From: an uncultured Armatimonadetes bacterium
GTDB taxonomy: Bacteria > Armatimonadota > UBA5829 > DTJY01
Assembly (NCBI GenBank): GCA_963717145.1
Contig: OY970325.1
Location: 4,480,001-4,544,000 of the forward strand
DNA length: 64,000 nt
Direction of reading: 5' to 3'
In this document: piece by piece, positions 1 through 10,378 of the stretch
Position numbering within the stretch: position 1 is the stretch's first letter
Layout: each line of letters starts with the position of its first letter
Translations under genes and position numbers: made by a program
Notes under the pieces: model-generated
Seen by the model: the letters and a program-made list of their open reading frames with translations, nothing else
Databases searched by the model: none
What the model was told of the DNA's origin: nothing

Positions 1-276
1 TGCGGGCGTGAGACCGTGCACACAACCCTGACGCGCCAGATGTGGTTCACATTGTTCTTCATCCCCGTATTCCCGATCAGCAAGAACAGCACCCTTCAGG
101 TCTGCAACCTGTGCGGGCAGATGACCGAAGTAGCCCAGGTGAATCCGGCTCTCGTTTCCGCCGGTCCGATCACCAAGAGCTGCCCCAACTGCGCCAAGCC
201 AATGCTCGCAGAAGACGCGATTTGTTCCTACTGTGGGCATCTGACGAGCGGCTACGAAGGGGAGCTATCGGCTTGA
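1..276 (+). CDS. Zinc-ribbon domain protein (5' truncated by window)
   Basis: Frame open from base 1; WFTLFFIPVFP motif followed by several CxxC pairs (CNLC, CPNC, CSYC). Confidence 0.7.
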   Translation, partial: CGRETVHTTLTRQMWFTLFFIPVFPISKNSTLQVCNLCGQMTEVAQVNPALVSAGPITKSCPNCAKPMLAEDAICSYCGHLTSGYEGELSA

Positions 277-524
277 TCGAGCAGCAAGGGTCTCCGCGCG
301 ATGCGGAGACCCCCGCCTGTGGTGGCCCGACATCACCTGCCCCCCATGTCGGCCGTTTCTCCGGTCCGCGACCTTACAGCCGCGAGGGCCTGCGCGGCGA
401 CGAACGTCTCCTCACCCACTCCTCTGAGTGAACGGCTTTGCCTCCAACGCCGCCTGTGCTCGCGGAAGGATAACCGTGGGGCAGGTGGAACAGTATGGTA
501 GATTGCCAACCAAGGAGCCACCAC

Positions 525-1394
525 ATGAAAATCGGAGTCAGTTCATACAGTTGGTCGAGATACCTCAGAGAGGGCAAGTTCAACATCTTCGGCGCGATCG
601 AGGCGACCGCCGAGCTGGGGTTCGACGGCATCGAGTTCTCCGGCCTGAATGCCCCCGAGGGCACGACCGACATGATCGGGTTCGCAGGCAAGATCAAGGC
701 CGCGTGCGCCAAAGCCGGTCTGCCGATCATCAGCTACACCATCGGCGCGGATTTCGTCAATGCGGAAGGCGGATGCATTAAGGAGATCGAGCGGCTGAAG
801 GGAGAGGTCGATGTCGCCGCCGCACTCGGCGCCCCCAGGATGCGTCACGATGCGACCCGTGGGTTCGGGCCGGACCGCCTGAGCCTCGGCGACTTCCTGG
901 AGGCGCTCCCTATCCTCGAGAAGGGGTGCCGCGCCGTGACCGAGTACGCCGCGACCAAGGGTGTCAAGACGATGGTCGAGAACCATGGACATTTCGTGCA
1001 GGACAGCGACCGGTGCGAGCTGCTGATGCGCGCGGTCAAACACCCGAACTTCGGCGCGCTGTTGGACCTCGGCAACTTCATCTGCGCGGACGACGATCCG
1101 GTCCGTGCGACGAAGCGGATGGCGCCGTATGCGTTCCACGTCCATGCGAAGGACTTCCACCGCAAGCCGGGATGCGCCGACCCGGGAGCGGGGTGGGGGC
1201 GGTCGCGCGGCGGCGACCTCTATCGCGGCTCGATCATCGGGCACGGGAACGTCGATGTCCCGGCGTGCATCAAGGTCATCAAGGATTCGGGCTACGACGG
1301 CTTCCTCTCCATCGAGTTCGAGGGGATGGAGGACAACCGCATGGCGCTCGAGATCGGCCTGGCGAACCTCAGGCGGTACTCGGAGAATGGGTGA
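525..1394 (+). CDS. Sugar phosphate isomerase/epimerase (xylose isomerase-like TIM barrel)
   Basis: RBS AAGGAG before ATG 525; motifs GFDGIEF, VENHG, LLDLGNF, HVHAKD, GYDGFLSIEFEG. Confidence 0.9.
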   Translation: MKIGVSSYSWSRYLREGKFNIFGAIEATAELGFDGIEFSGLNAPEGTTDMIGFAGKIKAACAKAGLPIISYTIGADFVNAEGGCIKEIERLKGEVDVAAALGAPRMRHDATRGFGPDRLSLGDFLEALPILEKGCRAVTEYAATKGVKTMVENHGHFVQDSDRCELLMRAVKHPNFGALLDLGNFICADDDPVRATKRMAPYAFHVHAKDFHRKPGCADPGAGWGRSRGGDLYRGSIIGHGNVDVPACIKVIKDSGYDGFLSIEFEGMEDNRMALEIGLANLRRYSENG

Positions 1395-1402
1395 ATGGGA
1401 GA

Positions 1403-1549
1403 ATGGGAGACGAGAATGAGCCTGATCTGGAGGAGCTGCGCCGCGACATAGCTGTCGGCTGCGAGGAAATGGCGGACGTCTACCTGGAGATCGAGAAGGA
1501 ATTCCATCCGCTGGAGGAAGAGGCCGAGAAGCTGTTGGATGATGGATAG
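1403..1549 (+). CDS. Small acidic protein, resembles C-terminal half of MazE/NdoAI-type antitoxins
   Basis: 48-aa ORF filling the gap between two genes; IAVGCEEMADVYLEIEKEF resembles the GYxEMA motif recalled from that family. Confidence 0.4.
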   Translation: MGDENEPDLEELRRDIAVGCEEMADVYLEIEKEFHPLEEEAEKLLDDG

Positions 1550-2675
1550 CGCGTCCCTATACGTCCACATCCCCTTCTGCGCGCGGAAGTGCCTGTACTG
1601 CGACTTTGCGTCGTACGTCGGGATGGAGTCGCTGTTCGAGCCGTATGTGCGGGCGCTGAGGGCCCAGATCTGTCGGGCCGCCGAGCACTTCATGGAGACA
1701 CGCATGCCCACCGTCTACTTCGGCGGTGGGACGCCGAACGTTCTGCCCAACGACCTTCTCGCCTCGATCCTGGACGACATCAGGCGCTGCTTCAACGTGG
1801 ACGCAGATGCGGAAATCAGCACGGAAGCGAATCCGGGGGTCTCCCACTCTCCCACTCCCCCACTCCCCCACTCCCTCCGGGCCGCCGGATTCAACCGCCT
1901 GAGCCTGGGTGTCCAGTCGCTCTGCGATGAGGAACTGCGGCAACTCGGACGAGTGCACACCGCCGAGGAAGCGATCGAGGCGTTTCAGGGGGCGCGGGAG
2001 GCCGGGTTCGAGAACGTCAGCGTCGATCTGATGTACGGCATCCCGGGCCAGACGACGGAGTCGTGGCGGGAGACCCTCGGCCGGGTGATCGATCTCGGGC
2101 CGGAGCACGTGTCGCTCTACTCGCTCACGGTCGAGGAGGGCACGCCGTTCCACCGGATGCAGTGCGAGGGAAAGCTGGCGCTTCCGGGGAACGACATCGA
2201 GGCCACCATGTACGAGGATGCGATCCGGACGCTGACCGACGCCGGGTTCGTCCACTACGAGATCTCCAACTTCGCGAGGCCCGGCTTCGAGTGCCGGCAC
2301 AACATCACCTACTGGCGGAACAAGCCGTACCTCGGCTTCGGCGCGGGGGCGACTTCTTACATCGATGGCACGCGCGCGACGAGCGTGGCCGACGTGGAGG
2401 AGTACATCCGACGGGTCGAGGCACACGAGAGCGCGGCCGAGTCGGAGGAGCATCTGACCGGTCGGAAGGCGATGGGCGAGACGATGTTTCTCGGCCTTCG
2501 GATGCTCCAGGGAGTCAACCGCCAAGACGCCAAGTACGCCAAGGGAATCGATATGTTCGGGCCGGAGATCGAACGGCTGATCGAGCGCGGGTTGTTGGAG
2601 CGCACAGACGCCTTCCTGAGGCTCACGCACAGAGGTCTCTTCCTGGCGAATGATGTCTTCGCGGAGTTTGTGTGA
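1539..2675 (+). CDS. hemW: Radical SAM heme chaperone HemW (HemN-like)
   Basis: LYVHIPFCARKCLYCDF (CxxxCxxC), YFGGGTP, YEISNFA, HNITYW (HNxxYW signature). Confidence 0.92.
   Translation: MMDSASLYVHIPFCARKCLYCDFASYVGMESLFEPYVRALRAQICRAAEHFMETRMPTVYFGGGTPNVLPNDLLASILDDIRRCFNVDADAEISTEANPGVSHSPTPPLPHSLRAAGFNRLSLGVQSLCDEELRQLGRVHTAEEAIEAFQGAREAGFENVSVDLMYGIPGQTTESWRETLGRVIDLGPEHVSLYSLTVEEGTPFHRMQCEGKLALPGNDIEATMYEDAIRTLTDAGFVHYEISNFARPGFECRHNITYWRNKPYLGFGAGATSYIDGTRATSVADVEEYIRRVEAHESAAESEEHLTGRKAMGETMFLGLRMLQGVNRQDAKYAKGIDMFGPEIERLIERGLLERTDAFLRLTHRGLFLANDVFAEFV
1841..1878. repeat. Short tandem CTCCCA(C/T)-type repeat inserted in frame in hemW
   Basis: ctcccactctcccactcccccactcccccactccc translates as SHSPTPPLPHS after EANPG; similar repeats at 15267-15345 and 33005-33051. 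Confidence 0.8.
2518..2543. repeat. CGCCAAG repeat in frame in hemW
   Basis: aaccgccaagacgccaagtacgccaag; reverse complement copies at 49420-49444 and 53127-53155. Confidence 0.75.
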
Positions 2676-2692
2676 CCGGTTGGATTCACCAC

Positions 2693-2799
2693 CCCGTCAG
2701 TCCTGAGTGCGCCTCTGGGCGTGTAACGAAGGACGGCCTGCGGAGTGCCACAAGGCCGTCCTTCGTTACACGCCCAGAGGCGCACTCAGGACTGACGGG
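2693..2799. repeat. Long perfect palindrome (about 46-bp arms), CCTGAGTGCGCC family, between convergent genes
   Basis: ccgtcagtcctgagtgcgcctctgggcgtgtaacgaaggacggcc followed by its exact reverse complement; family also at 10932-11042 and 14286-14338. Confidence 0.9.
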
Positions 2800-2814
2800 T
2801 GCCAACGGCCAAGC

Positions 2815-4476
2815 TCACCCGCCCTTGAAGGTGACTACTGTCGGCTTGGATTCCTTGTCCCCAGGACCAATGGTTATCGCGGTGAGCGTGTATTCCGTAT
2901 TCTTGCCCTTGATCATCGTGCCCAGGGCGATGGGCTCTGTCTTGAACTTCCCAGCCTTGTCCACATCCACCAGTTGCTCGGTCACCGTCCCGGTCATCCT
3001 CAGAGCGCCCAGCACCGTAGTCGCGTATTCCAGTTTCAACTGCACCTTGGTACTGGCAGGCGCGGTTCCCACAATGGTAATGGGAGACACCACTGACGCT
3101 CCTGCCTTGGGCGAGCTGATCACCGGGGGAGTGAGCGTGCCGGTGGGTGCTGCTATCTGCTCGGGCGTCTGGGTCGTGTACGTTACGCCTCCCTTGGTAA
3201 ACGAGCCTACGATGCTCGCGCCGGTAAGGTTGTCGTCTTTGCGAATGGTATACTCACCGGTATGCACGCCGGAGGACGCCTCCTGCATTTGCACCGTGCG
3301 CAGTTTCTGCTCATCGCGCACCAGGGAAAAGCTTGCCGTCCCCCCGGGCTCTGTCTCCATTCGCACGGTAATGACATCTCCCGGCTGCAGTCCTGCCAGC
3401 GCGGTGTACGTGAAAGACTTTATGACATCCGTGGCTCCTCGAACAGTCAGGTTCCACTTCCCGGAACCGGCATTTCCGGCTTTGTCTCTCACGGATATGA
3501 CAACCGTCTTGACTCCGGCCGTCAGTGCGTTCGGCGGGCGATAGCTTACGAAGCCTGCGGTTACCGTGGATTGCGCGGTAACATCCGTGTCATTCACGGT
3601 TAGCTGCACGCTGTCTTCGTCTATGCCGCTGCCCGCCGCATCATCCAGGACGGCTGAGATACTGGGGTGAGACTGAGCAACGGTGCTGTCCGGCGCGGGC
3701 AGCATGTTCTTCACCTTCGGAGGCATTGTATCTATGGAAACGGCTGTTCCCGCCTGAATCAGACGCTCCTGTGCCCCTGCTCTCAACAGCCCCAGGACGC
3801 TGGCGCCGGATACCGTAAGGTTCGCCGTGGAGGGGACTGTCCAGATCGCGCTGTAGCTGCCGGGGCTGTCTTCCCTCATCCTCGTCTGATCCACCACGCC
3901 GGGGATCTCGAAGGACGCTGTTCCGCCCACGGTACCTTTCATTATCACCTGTAGCTGGGATCCGGCCCGCAGCCAGGTAGTCGCGTTATGGGAAAACGAT
4001 GAGATGCTCAGCACCTGCGGAGTAGTGCCGTCCGTTTCGGGAGCGGGGACGGTATCTATCAGGACGGTGCGCGAAATCGCATCCCACCGCACATCAGCTC
4101 CAAACGCCTCCCCAACGAAACGCAGCGGCACCATCGTCGAGCCGCCGATGATCGTCGCCGGCACATCGAGGATCACTTTCCGGCCGTTGACCCTGGCGGT
4201 AGTGGAGCCGACGGGAAGCTCAATGTACGTGTCGCCCTTCTCCGCCACGACCGACTTCGTTTCCGGGATCCACCCGACCAATGCTCCCATCTTCTCCAGC
4301 ACGCCTCGCAGTGGCACCAGTACCCGGCCGGATACCGACATTGGACGAGTGCCCTCGAACTGCACCGCTTCTCCATCCACGGTGACATTGATTGCCTGGC
4401 TGTTAGCCGGTGTTGCCATCATCAGCACTGTCAGGAACAGGAATGCTACACACAGGTGAGGAGTCTTTCTCATCAT
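2815..4476 (-). CDS. Secreted copper amine oxidase N-terminal (stalk) domain protein with Ig-like domains
   Basis: Signal peptide; GRVLVPLRGVLEKMGA and GSTMVPLRFVGEAFGADVRWD motifs; DTMPP...DKAGN Ig-like repeat. Confidence 0.85.
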   Translation of the reverse strand: MMRKTPHLCVAFLFLTVLMMATPANSQAINVTVDGEAVQFEGTRPMSVSGRVLVPLRGVLEKMGALVGWIPETKSVVAEKGDTYIELPVGSTTARVNGRKVILDVPATIIGGSTMVPLRFVGEAFGADVRWDAISRTVLIDTVPAPETDGTTPQVLSISSFSHNATTWLRAGSQLQVIMKGTVGGTASFEIPGVVDQTRMREDSPGSYSAIWTVPSTANLTVSGASVLGLLRAGAQERLIQAGTAVSIDTMPPKVKNMLPAPDSTVAQSHPSISAVLDDAAGSGIDEDSVQLTVNDTDVTAQSTVTAGFVSYRPPNALTAGVKTVVISVRDKAGNAGSGKWNLTVRGATDVIKSFTYTALAGLQPGDVITVRMETEPGGTASFSLVRDEQKLRTVQMQEASSGVHTGEYTIRKDDNLTGASIVGSFTKGGVTYTTQTPEQIAAPTGTLTPPVISSPKAGASVVSPITIVGTAPASTKVQLKLEYATTVLGALRMTGTVTEQLVDVDKAGKFKTEPIALGTMIKGKNTEYTLTAITIGPGDKESKPTVVTFKGG

Positions 4477-4526
4477 GATCTTATCTCCAAAAGGGTTGAT
4501 GTTTGTTGCAGTTCGATCAGATGAGA

Positions 4527-4556
4527 TTATCCCCGGTATCCTATCGAGGCCAAACC
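4527..4556 (-). promoter_or_regulatory. Possible SigB/SigF-type promoter
   Basis: Minus strand GGTTT-N17-GGGGATAA about 50 nt upstream of the 4476 start. Confidence 0.3.
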
Positions 4557-4568
4557 CTGCGGGGCATT

Positions 4569-7500
4569 CTACTTCCGCTTGCTCTCCTCGATCAGGATCC
4601 GGCGGGGCTTTGCGCTGAGGTCGAAGGTCATCGTGTGCCGGCCCTTGTCGTCGGCGGTGAAGACCTTAATGAGCGCGCCGTTCTCGTGGATGCTGTAGAT
4701 CGTTTTCGGCGCCAACTCGAAGGTCACGGCGACCTTGCCCTTCCCGGTCAATGCGCAATCGATCCCACCGGTGGGAAGCGACTTCGCCTCCCACGCGACG
4801 TTCAGGGCGGATATCCCCGCGACTTTGCGCAGGACGGTGACCCCATACGGCTCGACCTTCACACCCTTGATGACGGTGCTCCCGTCGGCGCTGTGGAGAA
4901 CGGTCGTCCCATCGAAAATCGCGCCCGCCAGCTTCGTGACGCCGAGGTCGAACTCGGTCGTTTTGCCGAACCGCTCCTTCACGAGGATCGTTGCGTTGTC
5001 GTCCGATACATACACCCCTAAGTTGCCCGGCGCGGTGATCGATGGCTCGACCCCGGCGAGGAGGAGCATCCCCTGGTATAGCGGGTTGAGCGCGTCGTAC
5101 GGATACTGCTCCTTCTCGATGCCCCACATGGCGTTGTAGGCCATCCCGAGGTAGAACCCGCAGGTGTACACCGGGTTGCCGTTGATCACATTCCGCACGA
5201 CGACCGGCTTGCCGTCAAGCTCCAGCACCGATTCGACCGGCGGCGCGACCGTGTCGAAGACGCCGATCTCGCCGTTGTCCGGGAACTGGATGGCTAGTTC
5301 ATCGCCCTTCGCGGCCTTTCCGAAGTACCTGGCGAACTGCATCCTGATCGGGCCTGAAGCAGGCATCCTCCGGCTGAAGCCGGTCATCCCCGTGAGGCGC
5401 TCGAACCCGGGATAGACCGCCGTGGGCGAGCACGGATTGAAGTAGCAGTCCTGGTCCTGGTAGAGGCCGAGGCAGAGTCCCCGCTGGCCGGCCGCGCGCG
5501 GGTCGGTGAGCCAGTCGTCGAGCATCTGCCACGTGCGACCGCTGAGCATCTGGTTCTGCGCCGGCACGAAGATGAACTTGTACTTGCTCAGGTTGACCTT
5601 CCCCGGCTCGAATCCGCCGGGACTGATGTCCGAGTCGGGCAGGATGTCAAACGGGATGTGAAGCTGGTACAGAACGCTCGCCAGATAGCGCGTGTTGCCG
5701 TAGTCGAAGCCGGGGCTCATGCCGTATATGGCGTTCCGGTTCCGCAAGATCAGGATCGGCGCGTTCCGATTGAGAGTGAACGCCACGCTCTCGATCTGCT
5801 TGAGGAACCCGCCGAGGGAGTCGAGCGTCGAGGAGTCATATACCTCCGGCTCCTCGAAGGTCCGGCCGGCGATCACGTTCCAGTCGTAGCTTTGGAAGAA
5901 CGCGCCACCGCCGCCGACGATATCGGTCAGCCACCAGGGATAGTACGCTCGGACGCCCTCACGCGTCTTTCCGCCCATACCTTCGCCGCATGCAAATCCC
6001 TTGGCGCCACCCAGGCCTGTGTACGGTCCATAGGACGCGACGTTCTGGATGTACTCCCTGCACGAGGCCCACTCGGGCACATCGGCGGGCTCGATCCCCT
6101 GGTCGTGCTGACCGACTCCGATCACGTCGAAGCGCAACTTCGCCCGGTCGAAGCAGATGATCGAGTGCCAGGAGGGCATGAAGTCGAACGGATCGCTGTA
6201 GTACATGATGTGGTTCGGATCGGCCTCATGGAGCGCATCGGCCAGCGAGTTGAGCCGGCTGACGATCAGATCCTCCCTCATGCGCCCGAAGTCGATCCAC
6301 ATCGGGTCGCGCAGTAGGTTCTCCTGGTAGGTCCGCAGGTCGGTCAGGGGTGCATACGGAGGATCGGACGAGTGATAGTAGTCGAAGAGCGGCAGGCGAG
6401 CGTCATCGAACGACTGCCATGAGTCGAATGCGCCGGCGACGAACGGGTATTCAGGCCACATGACCTCCCGCTCGTTGATCGTCTTCTTCACCCACGTGGA
6501 GTGGTCGGTGATGTCGTACCCATAGCCCCACGCCTGCTTCAGGTTCGAGATGGTGCCATAGTCTTGGCGCAGAAACCGCTTGTACCGATCGAGCATCGCC
6601 GGGGCGTCGAGGCAGTTGTCGAATACGAGGTCCTCTTCGCCGACCATCGCCGCGACGATGACCGTCCGCTGGCTGTAGTACGCCATGATCTTGGAGTACG
6701 CGTCCCTCGCGGCGTCCCACAGCTCATCGTGGAGCAGGATCTTGCCCCGGTAGAGCGGCGGGACGACCTCGGGATGCAGCCCCCAGTAGTACGACGGCTC
6801 GATGTTGACGTACAGCCCATGCGCCTGCGCCCGATCGAGGAAGTAGTCGTAGATCTCGTAGACGTAGTTGAAGTAGGGGAGCGTATTCCCCTTCGGCTGC
6901 TTGACGACTTTCTGCCAAGTGCCGTCGTAGTTCAGCAGTTCGCTCCAGTTCCAGAAGCGCGGCTGGACGTTGATGCTCGCCTGCTTCATCCGGGCGAAAT
7001 CCTTCTCGAGGAGGTCGTAGTCGAACTCGGGGATGTTGATGATCCACCCGCCGTCCTGCTTCGGCTGGCTGTAGATCGTGAAGAACGGGCGGAAGACCCT
7101 CCGGTCGCGCTCCAGGAGGCCGGTCTTGGGATTCAGCTTGATGAACGATGCGTATCGGCCCGCGTACTCCGGTTTCAAGTACTCGTCCTTGAACGCCGAG
7201 AACTGCGGATGGCGGCCGGTCTCGACCGACAGCGACATCTGCTGCTTGCGTTCGATCAGCCGCGCCCGGATGCTCTCCCACGGCTCGGGGATCACTCGTC
7301 CCCAGGGCTCGCACGGGTACTCGCCGATCACTCTGACGGGCCTCCACGCCGAATCGTCGAAACGGAGGGCATTCCATCCATCCGCGAGATCGGCGGTAGA
7401 TCGCCAGGTCTCATCGGAGACGATGTCGGCGGTTGTGCCGTCATCGAACCGCACGGTCACTCTGCAGATCAGGCCCGCCGCGTCCCTGAGGTTGGCCGCC

Positions 7501-7850
7501 TTGATCGCGATGGCCGAGTTGTCGCGCGCGATCGGCGCCTTGACCTCGAACCGATGGGGATTCTGCCAGTCGCTCCCGGAGCCGATCATGCGGCTGTTGA
7601 CCCACAGCTCGAACGAGTCGTCAGCGGTGACGAGGACGTCGAACGCCGTGACGGGCTTGTCGAACGAGACGACCTTGCGGAAGTACATCGTTCGGGAGGG
7701 AGTTGCACTCCCTCCCGGGCCGGCGTCCGGATGCCAGATCCATTTCGCGCCGGTGAAGTCAGCGGGACCGGACGACTGGCAACTTCCCCGGCTGAGGACG
7801 CCTATCAGGATGAGAGATAAGAGCAGTAGGCGATTCAGGCGCAAGATCAT
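4569..7850 (-). CDS. Secreted clan GH-A glycoside hydrolase (GH42-like) with rhamnosidase-N/CBM-like N-terminal domain
   Basis: Signal peptide from about 7850; AKWIW...YFRK, TADDSFELWVN, IVSDETWR N-domain; candidate catalytic VGEED and CGEG; trimerisation-like C-terminal region. Confidence 0.7.
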   Translation of the reverse strand: MILRLNRLLLLSLILIGVLSRGSCQSSGPADFTGAKWIWHPDAGPGGSATPSRTMYFRKVVSFDKPVTAFDVLVTADDSFELWVNSRMIGSGSDWQNPHRFEVKAPIARDNSAIAIKAANLRDAAGLICRVTVRFDDGTTADIVSDETWRSTADLADGWNALRFDDSAWRPVRVIGEYPCEPWGRVIPEPWESIRARLIERKQQMSLSVETGRHPQFSAFKDEYLKPEYAGRYASFIKLNPKTGLLERDRRVFRPFFTIYSQPKQDGGWIINIPEFDYDLLEKDFARMKQASINVQPRFWNWSELLNYDGTWQKVVKQPKGNTLPYFNYVYEIYDYFLDRAQAHGLYVNIEPSYYWGLHPEVVPPLYRGKILLHDELWDAARDAYSKIMAYYSQRTVIVAAMVGEEDLVFDNCLDAPAMLDRYKRFLRQDYGTISNLKQAWGYGYDITDHSTWVKKTINEREVMWPEYPFVAGAFDSWQSFDDARLPLFDYYHSSDPPYAPLTDLRTYQENLLRDPMWIDFGRMREDLIVSRLNSLADALHEADPNHIMYYSDPFDFMPSWHSIICFDRAKLRFDVIGVGQHDQGIEPADVPEWASCREYIQNVASYGPYTGLGGAKGFACGEGMGGKTREGVRAYYPWWLTDIVGGGGAFFQSYDWNVIAGRTFEEPEVYDSSTLDSLGGFLKQIESVAFTLNRNAPILILRNRNAIYGMSPGFDYGNTRYLASVLYQLHIPFDILPDSDISPGGFEPGKVNLSKYKFIFVPAQNQMLSGRTWQMLDDWLTDPRAAGQRGLCLGLYQDQDCYFNPCSPTAVYPGFERLTGMTGFSRRMPASGPIRMQFARYFGKAAKGDELAIQFPDNGEIGVFDTVAPPVESVLELDGKPVVVRNVINGNPVYTCGFYLGMAYNAMWGIEKEQYPYDALNPLYQGMLLLAGVEPSITAPGNLGVYVSDDNATILVKERFGKTTEFDLGVTKLAGAIFDGTTVLHSADGSTVIKGVKVEPYGVTVLRKVAGISALNVAWEAKSLPTGGIDCALTGKGKVAVTFELAPKTIYSIHENGALIKVFTADDKGRHTMTFDLSAKPRRILIEESKRK
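7690..7719. repeat. GTTCG..GGAGTTGNACTCC palindrome in frame in the GH gene
   Basis: gttcgggagggagttgcactccctcccg matches the reverse complement of the intergenic copy at about 24156-24183. Confidence 0.8.
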
Positions 7851-7979
7851 CCTCCGAGCGATACGCCGATCTATCTGGGGGGAGGACGACGCATCGCATA
7901 TACAGTTAAACGTCCGCAACCGGACTCCTGCACGCACAGACACTGCACAGGGAGATGGAAACAGCTCACGTTCCATGAT

Positions 7980-8059
7980 AGCGGATGTCATTCTGAGCGT
8001 AGTGAAGAATCTGGCCGTGCGCAAACAGATTCTTCACTACGCTCAGAATGACATCCGCT
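7980..8059. repeat. GTCATTCTGAGC..GAAGAATCT palindromic element
   Basis: Perfect inverted arms; second copy at 53029-53097. Confidence 0.9.
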
Positions 8060-8104
8060 CGGTCGCATTATCAACAATCGTGAACGCTTGCGGGAGATGC
8101 GTCA

Positions 8105-9373
8105 TCAAGGCTCAGCATCCAGTTGCAGGACGATGATCGTGTCGGTACCGTCACGGTGTTCCTTGTGGATCGTGACCTGGATTCCATCGGAGGACTGGAT
8201 CATCTCGGGCTTCCCTCCTGTCAGGGCGTAGCACTTCACGACTTTGCCCGGGATGGCCGGCAGTTTCAGAGTATCGCTCGTCCATTCCAGGACATGCAGG
8301 TATATCGTTTTTCCCTCGTGAGTGCTCACTCCCCAGTCCGACGGGAGGAACGGACCGCCCCTGGTTCCGTAGATGCTCTTGCCGTAGCGCTTGAGCCACT
8401 TGCCGATCTCCGTGAGCCGCTGGACCTGCACAGGTTCGATCTCACCTTTGGGACTTGGTCCCACGTTCAGCAGCAGATTCCCATCCCCACCAGCGCATCG
8501 GACCAGCGTCTGGACGCAGGTTTCCGTTGACTTCACATCGTCGTTCGGCTTGTACGCCCATTGGGTTCCGATGGTGATACAGCTCTCCCACGGCCGGTCC
8601 GCCCGGAATGAACCGATCTTCTGTTCGGGCGTGTCGAAGTCCGCCGGTAGTCCCGCGCGATTGTTGATCAGAATCCCGGGCTGGAGTTCGCGGATCATCC
8701 TGAACAGGTTCTCGGCATCCCACTTCTCGGCCGTGCCGCCCAGGCCATCGAACCAGAGTATGTCCACCTTGCCGTAGTTCGTCATCAGCTCCCGAAGCTG
8801 CGCGCGCATATACTCCAGATAGCGCGGATGGTTCTCGGTCATGTAGTCGGGGTGATGCCAGTCCGGCTGCGAGTAGTAGAATCCGAGCTTCAGGCCCTCC
8901 TCGTGACAGGCCTTGGCGATCTCGGCGACGATATCGCGCTTGAAGGGCGAATTGGTGATCTTGTAGTCGGTCATCTTCGTATCGAACATGCAGAAGCCAT
9001 CGTGATGCTTAGTCGTGAAGACGAGGTATTTCATCCCGGCGGACTTTGCGATCTTTACCCACTTCTTTGCGTCGAATCGGGTCGGGTTGAAGGTCTTGTA
9101 GAGATTGTCGTATTCCTCCCAGGGGATGACGCGCTTCTTCCTGGGCGGCTCCACGCCGGCTCCGATACGGGACCAGCTGATCTCCGTGCCTTTCTGGCTC
9201 ACGGGCCCCCAGTGAATGAACAGCCCGAACCGTGCCTCCCGGAACCACTCGATGTCCTGAGGCGACGCCTGCAGGAAGCCGTTCTGCGGCGCACCTGCCT
9301 GAACGGCTGCCGGCGTGACCCAACCACAACTGGCGAGCAACAGCAAACCGACCATCACTAGTGAACACTTCAT
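8105..9373 (-). CDS. Alpha-L-fucosidase (GH29)
   Basis: WFREARFGLFIHWG, TTKHHDGF, ILWFDG, GNLLLNVGP; signal peptide. Confidence 0.95.
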   Translation of the reverse strand: MKCSLVMVGLLLLASCGWVTPAAVQAGAPQNGFLQASPQDIEWFREARFGLFIHWGPVSQKGTEISWSRIGAGVEPPRKKRVIPWEEYDNLYKTFNPTRFDAKKWVKIAKSAGMKYLVFTTKHHDGFCMFDTKMTDYKITNSPFKRDIVAEIAKACHEEGLKLGFYYSQPDWHHPDYMTENHPRYLEYMRAQLRELMTNYGKVDILWFDGLGGTAEKWDAENLFRMIRELQPGILINNRAGLPADFDTPEQKIGSFRADRPWESCITIGTQWAYKPNDDVKSTETCVQTLVRCAGGDGNLLLNVGPSPKGEIEPVQVQRLTEIGKWLKRYGKSIYGTRGGPFLPSDWGVSTHEGKTIYLHVLEWTSDTLKLPAIPGKVVKCYALTGGKPEMIQSSDGIQVTIHKEHRDGTDTIIVLQLDAEP

Positions 9374-9445
9374 CTATCTTCATCTCCGTTTCCCGGGTAG
9401 CCGTTTCCCGGCCGAGCAGCTCCACATCAGTGATCCATGGGCTTG

Positions 9446-10378
9446 TTAGTTGCTCCGATATTCGGATCGGCGGTCTTCCCGGCGGGCGATCTCGCTCGTG
9501 TAGTGGAGGCCGAGGGTCGCCGAGCGTGCCTTCGCCCATTCCGTGAGCTTCGTCCTGCCCGTGGGTGGTGAGTCGACGTAGAGCAGGTTGTCCATCAGCC
9601 CCCGGATCTCGTCGCGCGTGATCATCACGTCATGGACCAGCTTCCCGATGACCCATGCCACAACGTATCCCATCCACGGCGGCACGGACACGACGGGCCG
9701 CCGCTTGCCGATGATCTCACCTATCGTCTCGACGAGCCCGCGATATGTGAACGTCTCAGGCCCTATCGCGTCGATGATGACGTTATCCATCTGCTTGCCC
9801 TGCTCAACCGCAAGTTGGGCCAGGTCATCGACATATATCGGCTGGAGCTTGTACTGCCCGTCACCGAAAACTCCCAACACCGGGAGATGGCGGAGTGCCC
9901 ACGCGATGTTGTTCACGAGGATGTCCTCTTTGCCGAAAAGAACGGTTGGGCGGAGGATCGCATACGACAGCCCGCTTTCGATCAGGGCGCGCTCGAGGCG
10001 GGCCTTCCCACTGAAGTACTCCAGGGGCGAGTCCTCCGAGGGATTGGTGATGCTGATGTGCACCACCCGCTTCACACCGGCGGACTTCGCAGCCTGAAAA
10101 AGCGCAAGGGTATTGCGCACGGCGTCCGCATGGGCGAAGTTCGGATGGTTGAAGCGCACCCAGTACGTGTTGTAGAGGACATCGACGTCCTTAAGGGTCT
10201 CCGCAAGCCTGTCGGGCTCATCGAAATGGAAGGGAAAGGCCTTGACGCGGTCGCCGAAGGGGTTCTCCCGGTGCGTGGAGTTGGTCAGCGTGATGACGCT
10301 CTCGCCAGCATCGAGTAGCCGGTGAGCGATGTACTTCCCGGAGTAGCCGAATGCCCCGGTGACAGCGTGTAGAGTCAT
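9446..10378 (-). CDS. NAD(P)-dependent epimerase / atypical SDR (NDUFA9-like)
   Basis: VTGAFGYSG Rossmann motif, YFSGK, ILRPTVLFG, QPIYVDDLA. Confidence 0.88.
   Translation of the reverse strand: MTLHAVTGAFGYSGKYIAHRLLDAGESVITLTNSTHRENPFGDRVKAFPFHFDEPDRLAETLKDVDVLYNTYWVRFNHPNFAHADAVRNTLALFQAAKSAGVKRVVHISITNPSEDSPLEYFSGKARLERALIESGLSYAILRPTVLFGKEDILVNNIAWALRHLPVLGVFGDGQYKLQPIYVDDLAQLAVEQGKQMDNVIIDAIGPETFTYRGLVETIGEIIGKRRPVVSVPPWMGYVVAWVIGKLVHDVMITRDEIRGLMDNLLYVDSPPTGRTKLTEWAKARSATLGLHYTSEIARREDRRSEYRSN

Noticed and set aside
9385-9415. Tandem CCGGGAAACGG hairpins upstream of the fucosidase
   Set aside because: Could be GGA-loop protein-binding sites, but too short to support and no riboswitch consensus was recognised.
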